The notes: a model not told the origin generated them from the sequence alone. DNA of 64,000 nt from Candidatus Bathyarchaeota archaeon (GCA_963782525.1 CAWAKC010000001.1:288001-352000); one strand, 5' to 3'. Shown: positions 29,009 to 38,722, counted from the first letter of the stretch. Numbers and translations: made by a program.

Positions 29009-31777
29009 ATGAATTTTTATAATAAAAAAATTAAGCTTTTTGCATTGATTCTCATACTGTCTATTGCTTTATCAGCGCTTTGTGCTTCTTTGCCAAACGC
29101 TAATGCGCATACACCGCCATGGAACGTTCCAACCTCAGCTTACGTTACTTGTGCGCCAGATCCCATTGGGGTTGGTCAACCAACCACTATCGTGGTATGG
29201 GTTGACAGATACTCACCCTTTGCAGGTGGCGGCGTAGGTCAACGTTGGGATGGCTTTACAATAAACATTACATCGCCTAGTGGAAAAACACAGATAATCG
29301 GTCCGTTCGAATCTTCAAGCGACGTCGGCAGCGACTGGAAATCGTTTACCCCTGATGAGGTTGGCACATACACCATCGTTTTCAGTTGGCCAGGAGAAAC
29401 AGCTAAACCCACAGCTGCCCTCCAAAACACTGGCTCCGCAACATTTGACATAAATAACAACGGCGATTTCTACCAAGGCTCGACAAGCGAACCCTACAAA
29501 CTAACCGTTCAAACAGACTCCGTTCCAACATGGCCAGAATCACCTATCCCCACAGATTATTGGACTAGACCGATAAGCGGTGCGAACAGAGATTGGTCAT
29601 CGCTCCCCAGTAACTGGCTTTTGGGTTCATGGCTATACCAGAACGTCCAACCAGCCGGCACCGGACCGAAATCCCCGCATATCCTCTGGTCGAACCCCAT
29701 TATCCCAGGCTATCCAGGAGGGCTCGTTGACGCACAATGGCCAGACATACCAGTAGATGCCAACGACTATGAGGGTCCATGGTCATCGCCGATAATCATG
29801 GAAGGAAAAATCTACTACAACTCTCCAGCCGTAGCAGACAGCAATCAATATGGGTACTACTGCCTCGACCTCCAAAATGGACAACAAATCTGGTATAAGA
29901 ACGGCACCGATAACGGACTCAACAACCCAGTAACATCCATAACAGGATCTTTTGGCGGTATTCTTCCCAGTCTCTCTCAACAATATCTCAGACTGACGAA
30001 CGGCCAACTATACTACTATTACTCAGTCAACGGACAGGGAGTGCTCGCTTATCTTTGGATACAATCAGGCACCACATGGTACATGCTTGACGCGACCACC
30101 GGAAACTTGATACTGACATTGATAAACGTGCCAGGCGGTACAGCCGCAACGGACGAAAACGGAGACTTGCTAAAGTACAGCTATAACGCGAATACAGGAA
30201 CGATTCTCTGCTGGAACTCCAGCCAAGCCATTTACCCCGGCGGAGTCACGGGGACAGGACAGCAACAATGGAAGCCTCGTATTGGCGGAGTAATCGACGC
30301 AGTTAATGACATCTCATGGCTCAACGGAACGTGGTCTGCAAGCCTGGGACAAACAATCAACCAGGCACTGTCTAAGCCGCACTCTGGATATACGATGAAC
30401 GTAACGGACGCCTCGCTGAAGAATTTGCCGGGAAACTTGGTTGGTGTTGTCGCTGACAATCGAGTGCCAAAGATACTGTTCGGTACTAACTTCCCTATAA
30501 CCGTTAACACTGGTTCAAGCGTCGGTTTAGACTATTTCCAAGCGTGGGCAGTAAAGATAAATGACCACGCGACAGACTACAGCCCTAATCCTGGCTACCC
30601 AAGCAACCTACAGAACAATCTTGGATTCACGACAACTTTGCTGTTCTCAAGAAATATACCAGTTCCAATTGCTGGCAAGAATTATACTTGGAGCATGACT
30701 GGATATAGCTACAGCGATGATGTCTTCTGCATAACTTGCAAGCAAACAGGCCAAATATGGGCCTTCAGCTTAACAACAGGAGAACAAGTCTGGGGACCAA
30801 CAACGACGCTGCCAGGTGGACCTATGGCATTCTACGGAGTTAGCACCAACTTCTATGACGGCAAGTGCATCGTAAACTCGGGCTACAGCGGACAAATAGC
30901 TGCTTACAATGCAAAGACCGGCGAGTCACTTTGGACATACAACTCCACTGCCGACGCACCCTACGAAGGCTACTACGGACCCAACATGCCGCTTAGCATA
31001 GGCGCAATATGCGATGGAATGATCTACACATACTCCAATGAACACTCACCAACAAAGCCACTGTGGCGCGACTCTTACCTGCGATGCATCAACGCAACAG
31101 ACGGAACAGAAATGTGGAAGCTACTCGACTTCAACCAGGGCTTAGGACTTGCAGACGGCAACATCGTAACATGCGACGAGTACACCAACAACATATATTG
31201 CATCGGTAAAGGACCAAGCGGACTTACCATAGATGCACCGAAAGGTGGCGTAACACAGGGAAACAGCTTTACAATTACGGGTATAGTCACCGACCAATCA
31301 CCAGGTGCAGTAGCATACGCAAAGAAATTCGGCCTCGTGAATGGATTGCCAGCGGTTTCAGATGATAGCCAACAGGCTTTCATGCAACAAATCTACCAGC
31401 AACAGGTAAAGCCCACTGATGTAAAGGGCGTTCCAGTAACGATCGATGCACTTGACCCCAACGGCAACATAATCAACCTCGGTACAGCTACTAGCAACGC
31501 CAACGGCTTCTATAGTTTCCAAGTTAATCCAGGCATGCTTACAGCGGGTGCAGGAACATACCAGGTCATCGCAACCTTCGCAGGCTCTAACTCTTACGGT
31601 TCATCAAATGCAGAATCTGCTTTCACACTCAATTCCGAAGCAACAGTCTTACCAACCGCTATACCTCAAACAAACCTAGCAACAACAGCAGACATAATGA
31701 CGTACATAGTTGCTGCAGCAATCGCAATAATCATCGCAATAGCCATAGTCGGAGCGCTTATACTCAGAAAGCGATAA
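29009..31777 (+). CDS. PQQ-like beta-propeller cell-surface protein
   Basis: Signal peptide, PTDYWTRP, repeated xLxTGxxxW blades, C-terminal Ig-like domain, TM and RKR; paralog of 38723..41593. Confidence 0.85.
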   Translation: MNFYNKKIKLFALILILSIALSALCASLPNANAHTPPWNVPTSAYVTCAPDPIGVGQPTTIVVWVDRYSPFAGGGVGQRWDGFTINITSPSGKTQIIGPFESSSDVGSDWKSFTPDEVGTYTIVFSWPGETAKPTAALQNTGSATFDINNNGDFYQGSTSEPYKLTVQTDSVPTWPESPIPTDYWTRPISGANRDWSSLPSNWLLGSWLYQNVQPAGTGPKSPHILWSNPIIPGYPGGLVDAQWPDIPVDANDYEGPWSSPIIMEGKIYYNSPAVADSNQYGYYCLDLQNGQQIWYKNGTDNGLNNPVTSITGSFGGILPSLSQQYLRLTNGQLYYYYSVNGQGVLAYLWIQSGTTWYMLDATTGNLILTLINVPGGTAATDENGDLLKYSYNANTGTILCWNSSQAIYPGGVTGTGQQQWKPRIGGVIDAVNDISWLNGTWSASLGQTINQALSKPHSGYTMNVTDASLKNLPGNLVGVVADNRVPKILFGTNFPITVNTGSSVGLDYFQAWAVKINDHATDYSPNPGYPSNLQNNLGFTTTLLFSRNIPVPIAGKNYTWSMTGYSYSDDVFCITCKQTGQIWAFSLTTGEQVWGPTTTLPGGPMAFYGVSTNFYDGKCIVNSGYSGQIAAYNAKTGESLWTYNSTADAPYEGYYGPNMPLSIGAICDGMIYTYSNEHSPTKPLWRDSYLRCINATDGTEMWKLLDFNQGLGLADGNIVTCDEYTNNIYCIGKGPSGLTIDAPKGGVTQGNSFTITGIVTDQSPGAVAYAKKFGLVNGLPAVSDDSQQAFMQQIYQQQVKPTDVKGVPVTIDALDPNGNIINLGTATSNANGFYSFQVNPGMLTAGAGTYQVIATFAGSNSYGSSNAESAFTLNSEATVLPTAIPQTNLATTADIMTYIVAAAIAIIIAIAIVGALILRKR

Positions 31778-31799
31778 TAAAAGCTAATTAACCAAAATC

Positions 31800-31820
31800 A
31801 ACCCCCTTTTTTAGTTTTAA
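31800..31820 (+). terminator. Oligo-T archaeal terminator candidate
   Basis: CCCCCTTTTTTAGTTTT about 25 bp after the stop codon. Confidence 0.4.
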
Positions 31821-32366
31821 ATCAACAGAAAAGGTATTTGGATCGCGAACTCTGATAAATGTTCACTTAGAATTTTCAACTTCGTTCTCCTTCAGTGTTT
31901 CCAGAGCCTCAGTGTGAACCTTGTATTTAGGCTTCTGTAAGAAAAGCAACTGCATTAACTTCACGAAGGATAGCCATGGCGCCAATTAAATTGGATCGTT
32001 TAGGTCTTACCTTTAAGGTGATTGTGTGAGACCGTTACAATCCTTGTGCTCCGGAAAAGGCATAGCAATCCATAAACAAACATAACTTTCCCTCTTTTTT
32101 TGAATTGGAGAAATAATCGGGATATATCAGTAAAAAAAGAAGTCCCGCAAAGATCGAGAGTTTAGTGACCGAATCGATAACAAGAACGTGGTAGACGCAA
32201 ACTATACAACCAACATTATTTTTTCCTCAAAAAAAGGGAAGCGTGAGATTTTGCCCACTTCATTCTTTCAGAATCCACAAAGATTACTTTTCTCACAGCA
32301 GAATTTTTAGCAAAAAAAGGAGAAAGTGGCTGCGAAGAAACTATAATTGGCGATATCTCCCGCCGA

Positions 32367-32394
32367 TCGGGGTTCGAATCCCACCCCTGCACCA
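32367..32394 (+). repeat. tRNA-Leu 3' copy R1 (att-like)
   Basis: TCGGGGTTCGAATCCCACCCCTGCACCA versus tRNA TCGTGGGTTCGAATCCCACCCCCTGCACCA. Confidence 0.92.
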
Positions 32395-32525
32395 AAAAAA
32401 GTAACCTGAAAACCGCTGCTAAACATTATTATTCAATAGTTTTTTAAGGCGACATAACAATAACCTGTCATTCACCGTAGGCATTTACCTATGGTTGGGA
32501 GTTAAAGAATAGCCTTATCCAGGAC

Positions 32526-33641
32526 ATGAAAATCATGAATAAAAAATTGCTCTTAACTATTATTATTGCCTTTTTCCTTTTTTCAGTTGTAATAATTCCA
32601 CAAATAGCCAATTGCCAAACAGCAACAACACAGTCAAGTATAACGCCAACACCAACGGGAGCAACCGAACAAGGAAGCTCTCTTAATTTATTACTCATGG
32701 TTGGAATCATCGTTGCCGTGGTTGCAGTTATTGGAGCCGCATCTGCATTTATTGTTATGAAGAGAAGGGTGAATGAAAAAAGCCTGAGAAAAGTTTCTGC
32801 CCGTGCCTTCGAAGAGTGGGTGATTAAAAGATTTAATGGAAAACCAAGCGATTTATCTTCGGGAGTAAATGGGTTTACACAAGGAGGTCAACCGCTTTTG
32901 ATCATACAATCCGATCAGGTCAGTTTGGCTGAGGTTGAAGACTTTGTCAAAGTATTAGTAAAGGGAAGAGCACAAAAAGGCACAATATTGGCTTTAAATT
33001 TTGATAAAGATGCGATAGAAGGAAAAATAGCGGCCATGGATAATGGAATTGAACTTCAACTGTTACCCATAAATGAACTGTTGAATAAACGCTTCTCTAA
33101 GAGGATCGAAAGCCTTGCCCTTTCGCCAGTGACCTTTGAAGCTCCACTTACAGGTATTTCAGAAAACCCTCTGACAGAAACAAGATCATTTGAAAGAATG
33201 CCAAATATAACTCAAAATGAAGGTCTAAAACCACGAGTCTTTATATCAAATAGCAACACTAAGGTGGCTGATCAAGTGAAGAAAATGGTAGAGTTTCTTC
33301 ATTATGACTATGTTGTGGGTGACAAAAAAGAAACATCGGTGCCGATTTCTGATAGTAAATTTGGGTTAATGAAAGACTGCGATTGTGCGATAATAAATAT
33401 CGCTGCTGCTGAACAAGAGAGAAGGTACAGTGGACTTTACGTCCTTAATTCAAATGTCACTTCAGAGATCAATGCGGCTTATCTAAAATATAACACGCAA
33501 GTGGTTTTGCTGGTTGAGAGAAAAATAGACCTCCCCCCAAATCTTAAGGGTCTAAAAAGAATCGAATATGAAAGTGATGATCTATCGTTTAATGCTGCAA
33601 TGGATTTGGAGAAAATATTGGCTGACTTTAGAAAACTATAG
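32526..33641 (+). CDS. Membrane-anchored Mrr-like + CAP12/Pycsar-type TIR domain protein
   Basis: Two N-terminal hydrophobic segments; SARAFEEWV..GVNG Mrr-cat-like region; RVFIS..CDCAII..NVTSEIN..VLLVE..LPPNLKG TIR-like region. Confidence 0.7.
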   Translation: MKIMNKKLLLTIIIAFFLFSVVIIPQIANCQTATTQSSITPTPTGATEQGSSLNLLLMVGIIVAVVAVIGAASAFIVMKRRVNEKSLRKVSARAFEEWVIKRFNGKPSDLSSGVNGFTQGGQPLLIIQSDQVSLAEVEDFVKVLVKGRAQKGTILALNFDKDAIEGKIAAMDNGIELQLLPINELLNKRFSKRIESLALSPVTFEAPLTGISENPLTETRSFERMPNITQNEGLKPRVFISNSNTKVADQVKKMVEFLHYDYVVGDKKETSVPISDSKFGLMKDCDCAIINIAAAEQERRYSGLYVLNSNVTSEINAAYLKYNTQVVLLVERKIDLPPNLKGLKRIEYESDDLSFNAAMDLEKILADFRKL

Positions 33642-33692
33642 GAGATTGGGTTCTCAAAGCCTGCTTTGAACCAAACGTATACACTGTTTTGA

Positions 33693-33722
33693 GGGGGTTA
33701 GAATCCCACCCCCCCTGCACCA
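33693..33722 (+). repeat. tRNA-Leu 3' copy R2
   Basis: GGGGGTTAGAATCCCACCCCCCCTGCACCA. Confidence 0.88.
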
Positions 33723-33897
33723 ATTTAATTAAAAATAGCAAGCCCTTGGTTGGCAATGTTAGATAGTTATTTTTGCCTATCGTGTAAGATAACGATGGAT
33801 AAAAATAGAAGTTGGAACGATGAAATCATAGTAGTAACAGAATCTTTCGAAGGTCTGTTAAGTCTCTGTTTAACTTGGAGCAGGAACGTCGCCCAAA

Positions 33898-34119
33898 CTA
33901 TACTTCATTGTAGAGGTTGCAGGTTGGACACTTTAACACAACGTTCTTGAATTTTCCTTCGATGATAGTCTCGCCTACTTTTGCCCCACAATTGCCACAT
34001 AGATAATCAGTATTACCACCTTTGCTTTTTATTACTGGCAAGGTTTTAGATGCGAAAACAGTTTTGGTTCCCTTTTTGGGTTCGGGTATAGTTTTTAATT
34101 TTCTGTCCATTTTGTCCAC
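33898..34119 (-). CDS. Small Zn-finger protein
   Basis: YLCGNCG..LKCPTCNLYN. Confidence 0.7.
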   Translation of the reverse strand: MDKMDRKLKTIPEPKKGTKTVFASKTLPVIKSKGGNTDYLCGNCGAKVGETIIEGKFKNVVLKCPTCNLYNEV

Positions 34120-34252
34120 TTACTTCGGTTTTTATTGGTTTGACTTAGATTAAAAGTTTATTGCTTGCTGATTCTTTGCGCATAAATTTCCGCGAAAAAG
34201 AAAAAGGACATTACTAGGAAAAAATGAAAAGATTGGCGACATCACCGCTATG

Positions 34253-34281
34253 TCGTGGTTGGAATCCCACCTCCTGCACCA
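34253..34281 (+). repeat. tRNA-Leu 3' copy R3
   Basis: TCGTGGTTGGAATCCCACCTCCTGCACCA. Confidence 0.88.
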
Positions 34282-34448
34282 TAATCTAACCCTACTTCAT
34301 TTTCACTACAGAAATTATAAAGCCAAAAATGAAAATCAAAAAAGAAGCATTAGATCGGGTATCTGTTCTATAGGTCACCTTTCTAAATCAAACAAGGTGA
34401 GGCTTGTTTGGTTGGTGGTAACAATGGCTTTTGAATTTAACGCCAAGC

Positions 34449-35582
34449 TTATCGGTTTTCGATTGAAACAAATGAACGGTTGAATTCACCAACGTACTTT
34501 GATTCTGGACGCAAAAGAACAGCATCTTCATACTGTTCAATTATATTGGCTACCCAACCAGTAATTCTGCTTGAAGCAAAAAATGAAGTGAAATACTCTT
34601 TTGGCACTCCTAAAGCATCCATCGTAACAGCAGCATAAAAATCAACGTTGGGATAAATTTTCTTCCTTCTGTAAACTATTTCTTCAATCTTGATACATTT
34701 ATTATACAAGCCTAATGTTCTGTCACGATGGCAAAGGTCTTCCACCATACCTCTCAAATGTTTAGTTCTAGGGTCTTGTGCCCTGTATATCCTGTGACCA
34801 AAACCCATAATCTTTTGCTGGTCATCTAACAACCCGTGGATGTATTCTTCCACTTCTTCGTCAAGTTTAATGTCATCAAGCATCTCCATCACTTTCTCAC
34901 TAGCTCCACCATGCAATGGTCCTTTGAGTGTCCCAATGGCTGCAGTCACAGCTGAATACATGTCTGAATTAGTGCTTGCTGTTACGCGGGCAGCAAAGGT
35001 GGAAGCATTAAATCCATGATCAATATGAAGAGTCATGTAACGATGTAAAACTGTGGTTTCTTTCTCGTTTGGTTCAGCACCTTTAAACATGTACAAGAAG
35101 TTTTGGGCAAAGCTGAATTCCGGCTTAGATTCGGGAACACTCTGGTTAAGGCGGCTTCTGTGGATAGTAGCCACTATTACTGGAACTTGGGCTATTAGGC
35201 GTGTAGCTCTTCTCATGTTTGCGGCATCAGAGAAGTCGTCGCCGTCAGGATCGTATTCGCCAAGATGAGAAACTTCAGTTCGTAAAATATCCACCGGATG
35301 ACAATGTTTAGGGGAACGTATGATACTTTCAACTATTGGAGCTGGAAGTTTCATGTCAGAAACAAGCTCAGTTTGATAAATCTCTAGTTCTTTCTGGTTT
35401 GGGAGTCTCTTATGAACTAGAAGGAAAGCCATTTCTGTATAAGTAACTCGTCCAACAAGATCATCGATGTTATACCCTAAATAGTAAAGAGCTCCATTAT
35501 AATCCACGTAGCTGATTCGGGTTTCAGCTGCAGCAACATCTTTCAGTCCGCGAACAACGACTCTCTCAGAGTTAATAGTCAT
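34449..35582 (-). CDS. Citrate/2-methylcitrate synthase
   Basis: DHGFNASTF, GPLHGGA, GFGHRIY..DPR, PNVDFY. Confidence 0.93.
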   Translation of the reverse strand: MTINSERVVVRGLKDVAAAETRISYVDYNGALYYLGYNIDDLVGRVTYTEMAFLLVHKRLPNQKELEIYQTELVSDMKLPAPIVESIIRSPKHCHPVDILRTEVSHLGEYDPDGDDFSDAANMRRATRLIAQVPVIVATIHRSRLNQSVPESKPEFSFAQNFLYMFKGAEPNEKETTVLHRYMTLHIDHGFNASTFAARVTASTNSDMYSAVTAAIGTLKGPLHGGASEKVMEMLDDIKLDEEVEEYIHGLLDDQQKIMGFGHRIYRAQDPRTKHLRGMVEDLCHRDRTLGLYNKCIKIEEIVYRRKKIYPNVDFYAAVTMDALGVPKEYFTSFFASSRITGWVANIIEQYEDAVLLRPESKYVGEFNRSFVSIENR

Positions 35583-35827
35583 ACAAATTCATCCTTACGT
35601 ATTTTAGCACATGTACCTTTACGAAAAAAGTAGAAAGCTAACAAATCCATTTCTATTGGAAAAGTGATTATTCCACCTTTTACCTAAACACACGGTCTCC
35701 CTTACCACTATCGACTATTAAACCCTTGGTTGACTAAGAAACAAAAAAAGCGTAATAGGGTACTACGCCGTCGCTTAGGAAAAGACGACCCCTAAAGCGA
35801 AATAATACAAAAGAAAATTTTCAGCTT

Positions 35828-36253
35828 CTAAGCGAAGCTAACAAATTTTTTCGGTTGATTACTCGTTGCAAAAGTCCAGAAGTGCGCTGTGCATTTGATG
35901 ATTTTAAGGAGTATCAGCCCTGGGTTTTCTGGTGTTAGTCCTGCCTGCTTTAGGAATGGTCGGGCGTCAAGAAGCTTCTTTTTCATTTCTATATCTTCAA
36001 GGAATTCAACTGTGCCTGTTACCCTCATTTGCTGCATTTCTTTGCTTTTAGGATTAAAGAAGCATACTTCAACCTTAGGATTTGCTTTCAACTGCTTGTA
36101 GATATCTTTTCCAGCGGCAGAGCTGTAATATAGACCTGACTTGTCAGCGTACCAAAGTTGAAATCCTCTCACCCGAGGTTGTCCATCATCTACAGTTGCT
36201 AAGAAGCCTATTGGATTTTCATTTGCAAACTTGATATATTCATCAAAATCCAT
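35828..36253 (-). CDS. Pyridoxamine 5'-phosphate oxidase-like FMN-binding protein
   Basis: LATVDDGQPRVR..KQLKANPKVEVCF..RVTG. Confidence 0.88.
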   Translation of the reverse strand: MDFDEYIKFANENPIGFLATVDDGQPRVRGFQLWYADKSGLYYSSAAGKDIYKQLKANPKVEVCFFNPKSKEMQQMRVTGTVEFLEDIEMKKKLLDARPFLKQAGLTPENPGLILLKIIKCTAHFWTFATSNQPKKFVSFA

Positions 36254-36401
36254 CTAAATCACAAAATCTACTATTTCACCCCAATAGTAATAACTTTTGG
36301 TTTACCATAAAACCAGACCTTTATTGCTTTATCAATCGCCATTAGCAAAGCACATAATATAACCCAAATGAATGAGAGGTATGCGGGAGACATCTCCATT
36401 C

Positions 36402-36432
36402 TCAGAGGTTCGAATCTCACTCTCATTCAACA
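36402..36432 (+). repeat. Highly degenerate tRNA-Leu 3' copy R4
   Basis: TCAGAGGTTCGAATCTCACTCTCATTCAACA, preceded by GGAGACATCTCC, which resembles the R1/R3 flank. Confidence 0.6.
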
Positions 36433-36540
36433 TCGTAAAAATTACTTTTTGCACCCTCTAATTAAAAGAAGAAGAAAATGCTGCCCCACAACACTTCTTC
36501 TTTCAATTATGGAAGCATAACCAAGGAGAACACTTGGAAA

Positions 36541-36747
36541 CTATAATTGATGATAGACGCTTACCAGCAGGACGGTAGAAGTTGTTGTTGTTGCTGCTGC
36601 TGCAACTGCATTCTGCAGACCGGTTGCAACAACAATCAAAGACAAACCCAAATTGCCAAGCTTACCCTTACTGAAACACAAGTCAAACCCATAGAAGATA
36701 ATGATGCTAATGATGATGCAAACCAATTTTGCACACAACATTATCAT
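36541..36747 (-). CDS. Possible small membrane protein
   Basis: Two hydrophobic stretches and a low-complexity AAAATTTT tract; could be non-coding. Confidence 0.25.
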   Translation of the reverse strand: MIMLCAKLVCIIISIIIFYGFDLCFSKGKLGNLGLSLIVVATGLQNAVAAAATTTTSTVLLVSVYHQL

Positions 36748-36783
36748 CAGTCAAAACTAAACTCAATCTTTGATCCAAAAAAA

Positions 36784-37704
36784 TCATGCTTTATCTTGCA
36801 ACGTCGAGCAAATTAATTTGTTCACTTCGGTAACAGCCTTAATTGACACTTCCAGCATGTCGTCACTTGGTTCTTTGGTGGTTAAATGTTGAAATGCCAA
36901 TCCAGGTGCGACTAGAACTTTTGTGATGGGGGAATCTTTGTATTTGCCACTTAACCGCAGGAGCTCGTAGCTGATTCCAGCGATGACGGGGATTAGGAGA
37001 ATGCGGTAGGCAAAGTTGACTAGGAAGCCGAGATTTGGCATTATTGTGAAAAGGACGATGCTGATTATCAGCACAATGAAGAGAAAACTGGTGCCGCATC
37101 GGGGATGCAGACGTGAATATCCTTTTACGTGTTCAACGTCCATGAGGGCGCCTGCTTCATGTGCATGGATAGCCTTGTGTTCCGCACCATGATACATCAG
37201 CACCCGTTTGTATTGACCCCACAGCGAGAGAATAGACAAATAACCAACAAACATGGATAAGCGAATTACAGCCTCAACCACATTGAAGACGACACCCTTA
37301 AGGTCCAACCAAGTTGAAAGCAAGAAAGGAACCAAAAAGAAAACAGCCATTATGCCTGCGACGCCACCTACGAGCAGAGCGATTTCTCCCACGCCAAACT
37401 CTAATTTTTCCGATTCTTTGCCCTCTTCACCCTCAATTTCAAACGCTGTGGAAGCCGAAAACATCATGGTCTTAACGCCCACGATTAAGCTTTCAACCAT
37501 ATTCACCACGCCCCTAAAAATTGGCCACCCCAAAATCCTGTGTTTTTCAGAGTAGGGCGTGATTTGTTTGATGTCTGTTACTATTTCATTTTTGGGGTTT
37601 CTGACGCAGGCTACCACATGTTTTCGGGAGCGTATCATTACTCCTTCGATTAATGCTTGTCCACCAAATGCAAGGGACGGTTCTTTCCTTAAATTTTCTG
37701 ACAT
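36784..37704 (-). CDS. DUF1385 membrane protein
   Basis: GGQALIEGVM, YHGAEHKAI, HPRCGTSF, QxLTTKEP. Confidence 0.9.
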   Translation of the reverse strand: MSENLRKEPSLAFGGQALIEGVMIRSRKHVVACVRNPKNEIVTDIKQITPYSEKHRILGWPIFRGVVNMVESLIVGVKTMMFSASTAFEIEGEEGKESEKLEFGVGEIALLVGGVAGIMAVFFLVPFLLSTWLDLKGVVFNVVEAVIRLSMFVGYLSILSLWGQYKRVLMYHGAEHKAIHAHEAGALMDVEHVKGYSRLHPRCGTSFLFIVLIISIVLFTIMPNLGFLVNFAYRILLIPVIAGISYELLRLSGKYKDSPITKVLVAPGLAFQHLTTKEPSDDMLEVSIKAVTEVNKLICSTLQDKA

Positions 37705-37883
37705 GCCCTATTATCCACACGGCGTTGTTACTGATTATAACCTGGCATGTGTTTGCATATAAATACCGCTCAATAAAGGGGCAACACATCTGGAAACGAA
37801 CTCGAGCAATCATAGATTCTGCACTTTAGAAGAGGAAGCTATCTCTGAACCGCTAGAAACCGTCAGTGAACTTGACAGGCAAC

Positions 37884-38624
37884 TTAATTTTTCCTCGTTA
37901 GGCGTGGAACGAAGCGGGGCGTGGTGTGTTTGTATTCGAGGAATTCTTCGCCGTATTTTGCTTCAGACTCTTTCTCTTCGATTTTTGCTAGACGCCAATA
38001 CAGTAATGCTAAGACGGGCCAGAGTGCGGTTGTGATGATTGTTAACCATTGAATATTCAGGCCGCCAGTGATAAGCAGGAACCCTATGTATTGTGGGTTG
38101 CGAGTATACTTGTAGAGCCCTGTTTTAACGAGTTTACCTTTTGCCTCGTAGATTTGGTACCAACCAAAGACTACCAAGAGGATTCCAAAGCCGATTACAA
38201 ATTTTGATAATGGAAAAACATAGTAATGGTAGACATTGTAGAACGCGGTTTGTCCTATTACCTGGGTGAGGAGAAATTCAATGCTGAAGATTTTAATGTA
38301 GCCAAAGGCGCCCATGAAGAAATACATCGTTAACGGTATGCCATACATTTCAGCAAATAAAGCTACGATGAAAGCTACGTAGACGCTGTTTGGTAAGCGG
38401 TTGAGTTTTTTTCTAAAAGATGAGAGTAAAAAGAACACGCTGAACAGCACGATGTTCATGCCAACAAACATCCAATTTCCGTAGCCAACTGAGGTAAAAG
38501 TAAAGTAATACATGAAAACAGCGACGACAAAAGTGACAACAAAGACCAGCGCTACCCATTTAATTTTGCCCTTTGTTTCTGCATTTAGTTGATCAAAATT
38601 TAAGGATTTCATTACAATAATCAC
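37884..38624 (-). CDS. ICMT/PEMT family membrane methyltransferase
   Basis: ALFAEMYG.PLT, LVKTGLYKYTRNPQYIG, EE..YGEEF..Y..PRF. Confidence 0.85.
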   Translation of the reverse strand: MIIVMKSLNFDQLNAETKGKIKWVALVFVVTFVVAVFMYYFTFTSVGYGNWMFVGMNIVLFSVFFLLSSFRKKLNRLPNSVYVAFIVALFAEMYGIPLTMYFFMGAFGYIKIFSIEFLLTQVIGQTAFYNVYHYYVFPLSKFVIGFGILLVVFGWYQIYEAKGKLVKTGLYKYTRNPQYIGFLLITGGLNIQWLTIITTALWPVLALLYWRLAKIEEKESEAKYGEEFLEYKHTTPRFVPRLTRKN

Positions 38625-38722
38625 CTAAAAATCAAAGGACATTTAACGTTTGCTATTAAACCTTAAAAACCCAATTTTTCGAAAACCTTGCAGATTAAAA
38701 AAAGAAAAGAAGATTGTTTGTT

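Larger units (their letters stand above)
28701..36432. mobile_element. Tandem array of four att-bounded cargo segments downstream of tRNA-Leu
   Basis: Segments end in tRNA-Leu 3' copies at about 32394, 33722, 34281 and 36432; no intact integrase visible. Confidence 0.7.

Noticed and set aside
31860-32340. Integrase or other gene remnant in cassette 1
   Set aside because: Only short stop-interrupted minus-strand fragments (for example KYKVHTEALETLKENEVE, ERMKWAKSHASLF); not assignable without a search.
32367-34281. Split-tRNA 3' halves
   Set aside because: The copies start at the T arm rather than the anticodon loop, carry disruptive mutations, and no matching 5' halves or complementary leaders were seen.
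28671-36432. CRISPR array
   Set aside because: The repeats derive from a tRNA and are 0.5-3.7 kb apart with genes between them; no cas genes or regular spacers.
36547-36816. Poly-Cys ORF (SCCCCCCCNC)
   Set aside because: Artefact of a TGT/TGC trinucleotide run; no support as a metallothionein.
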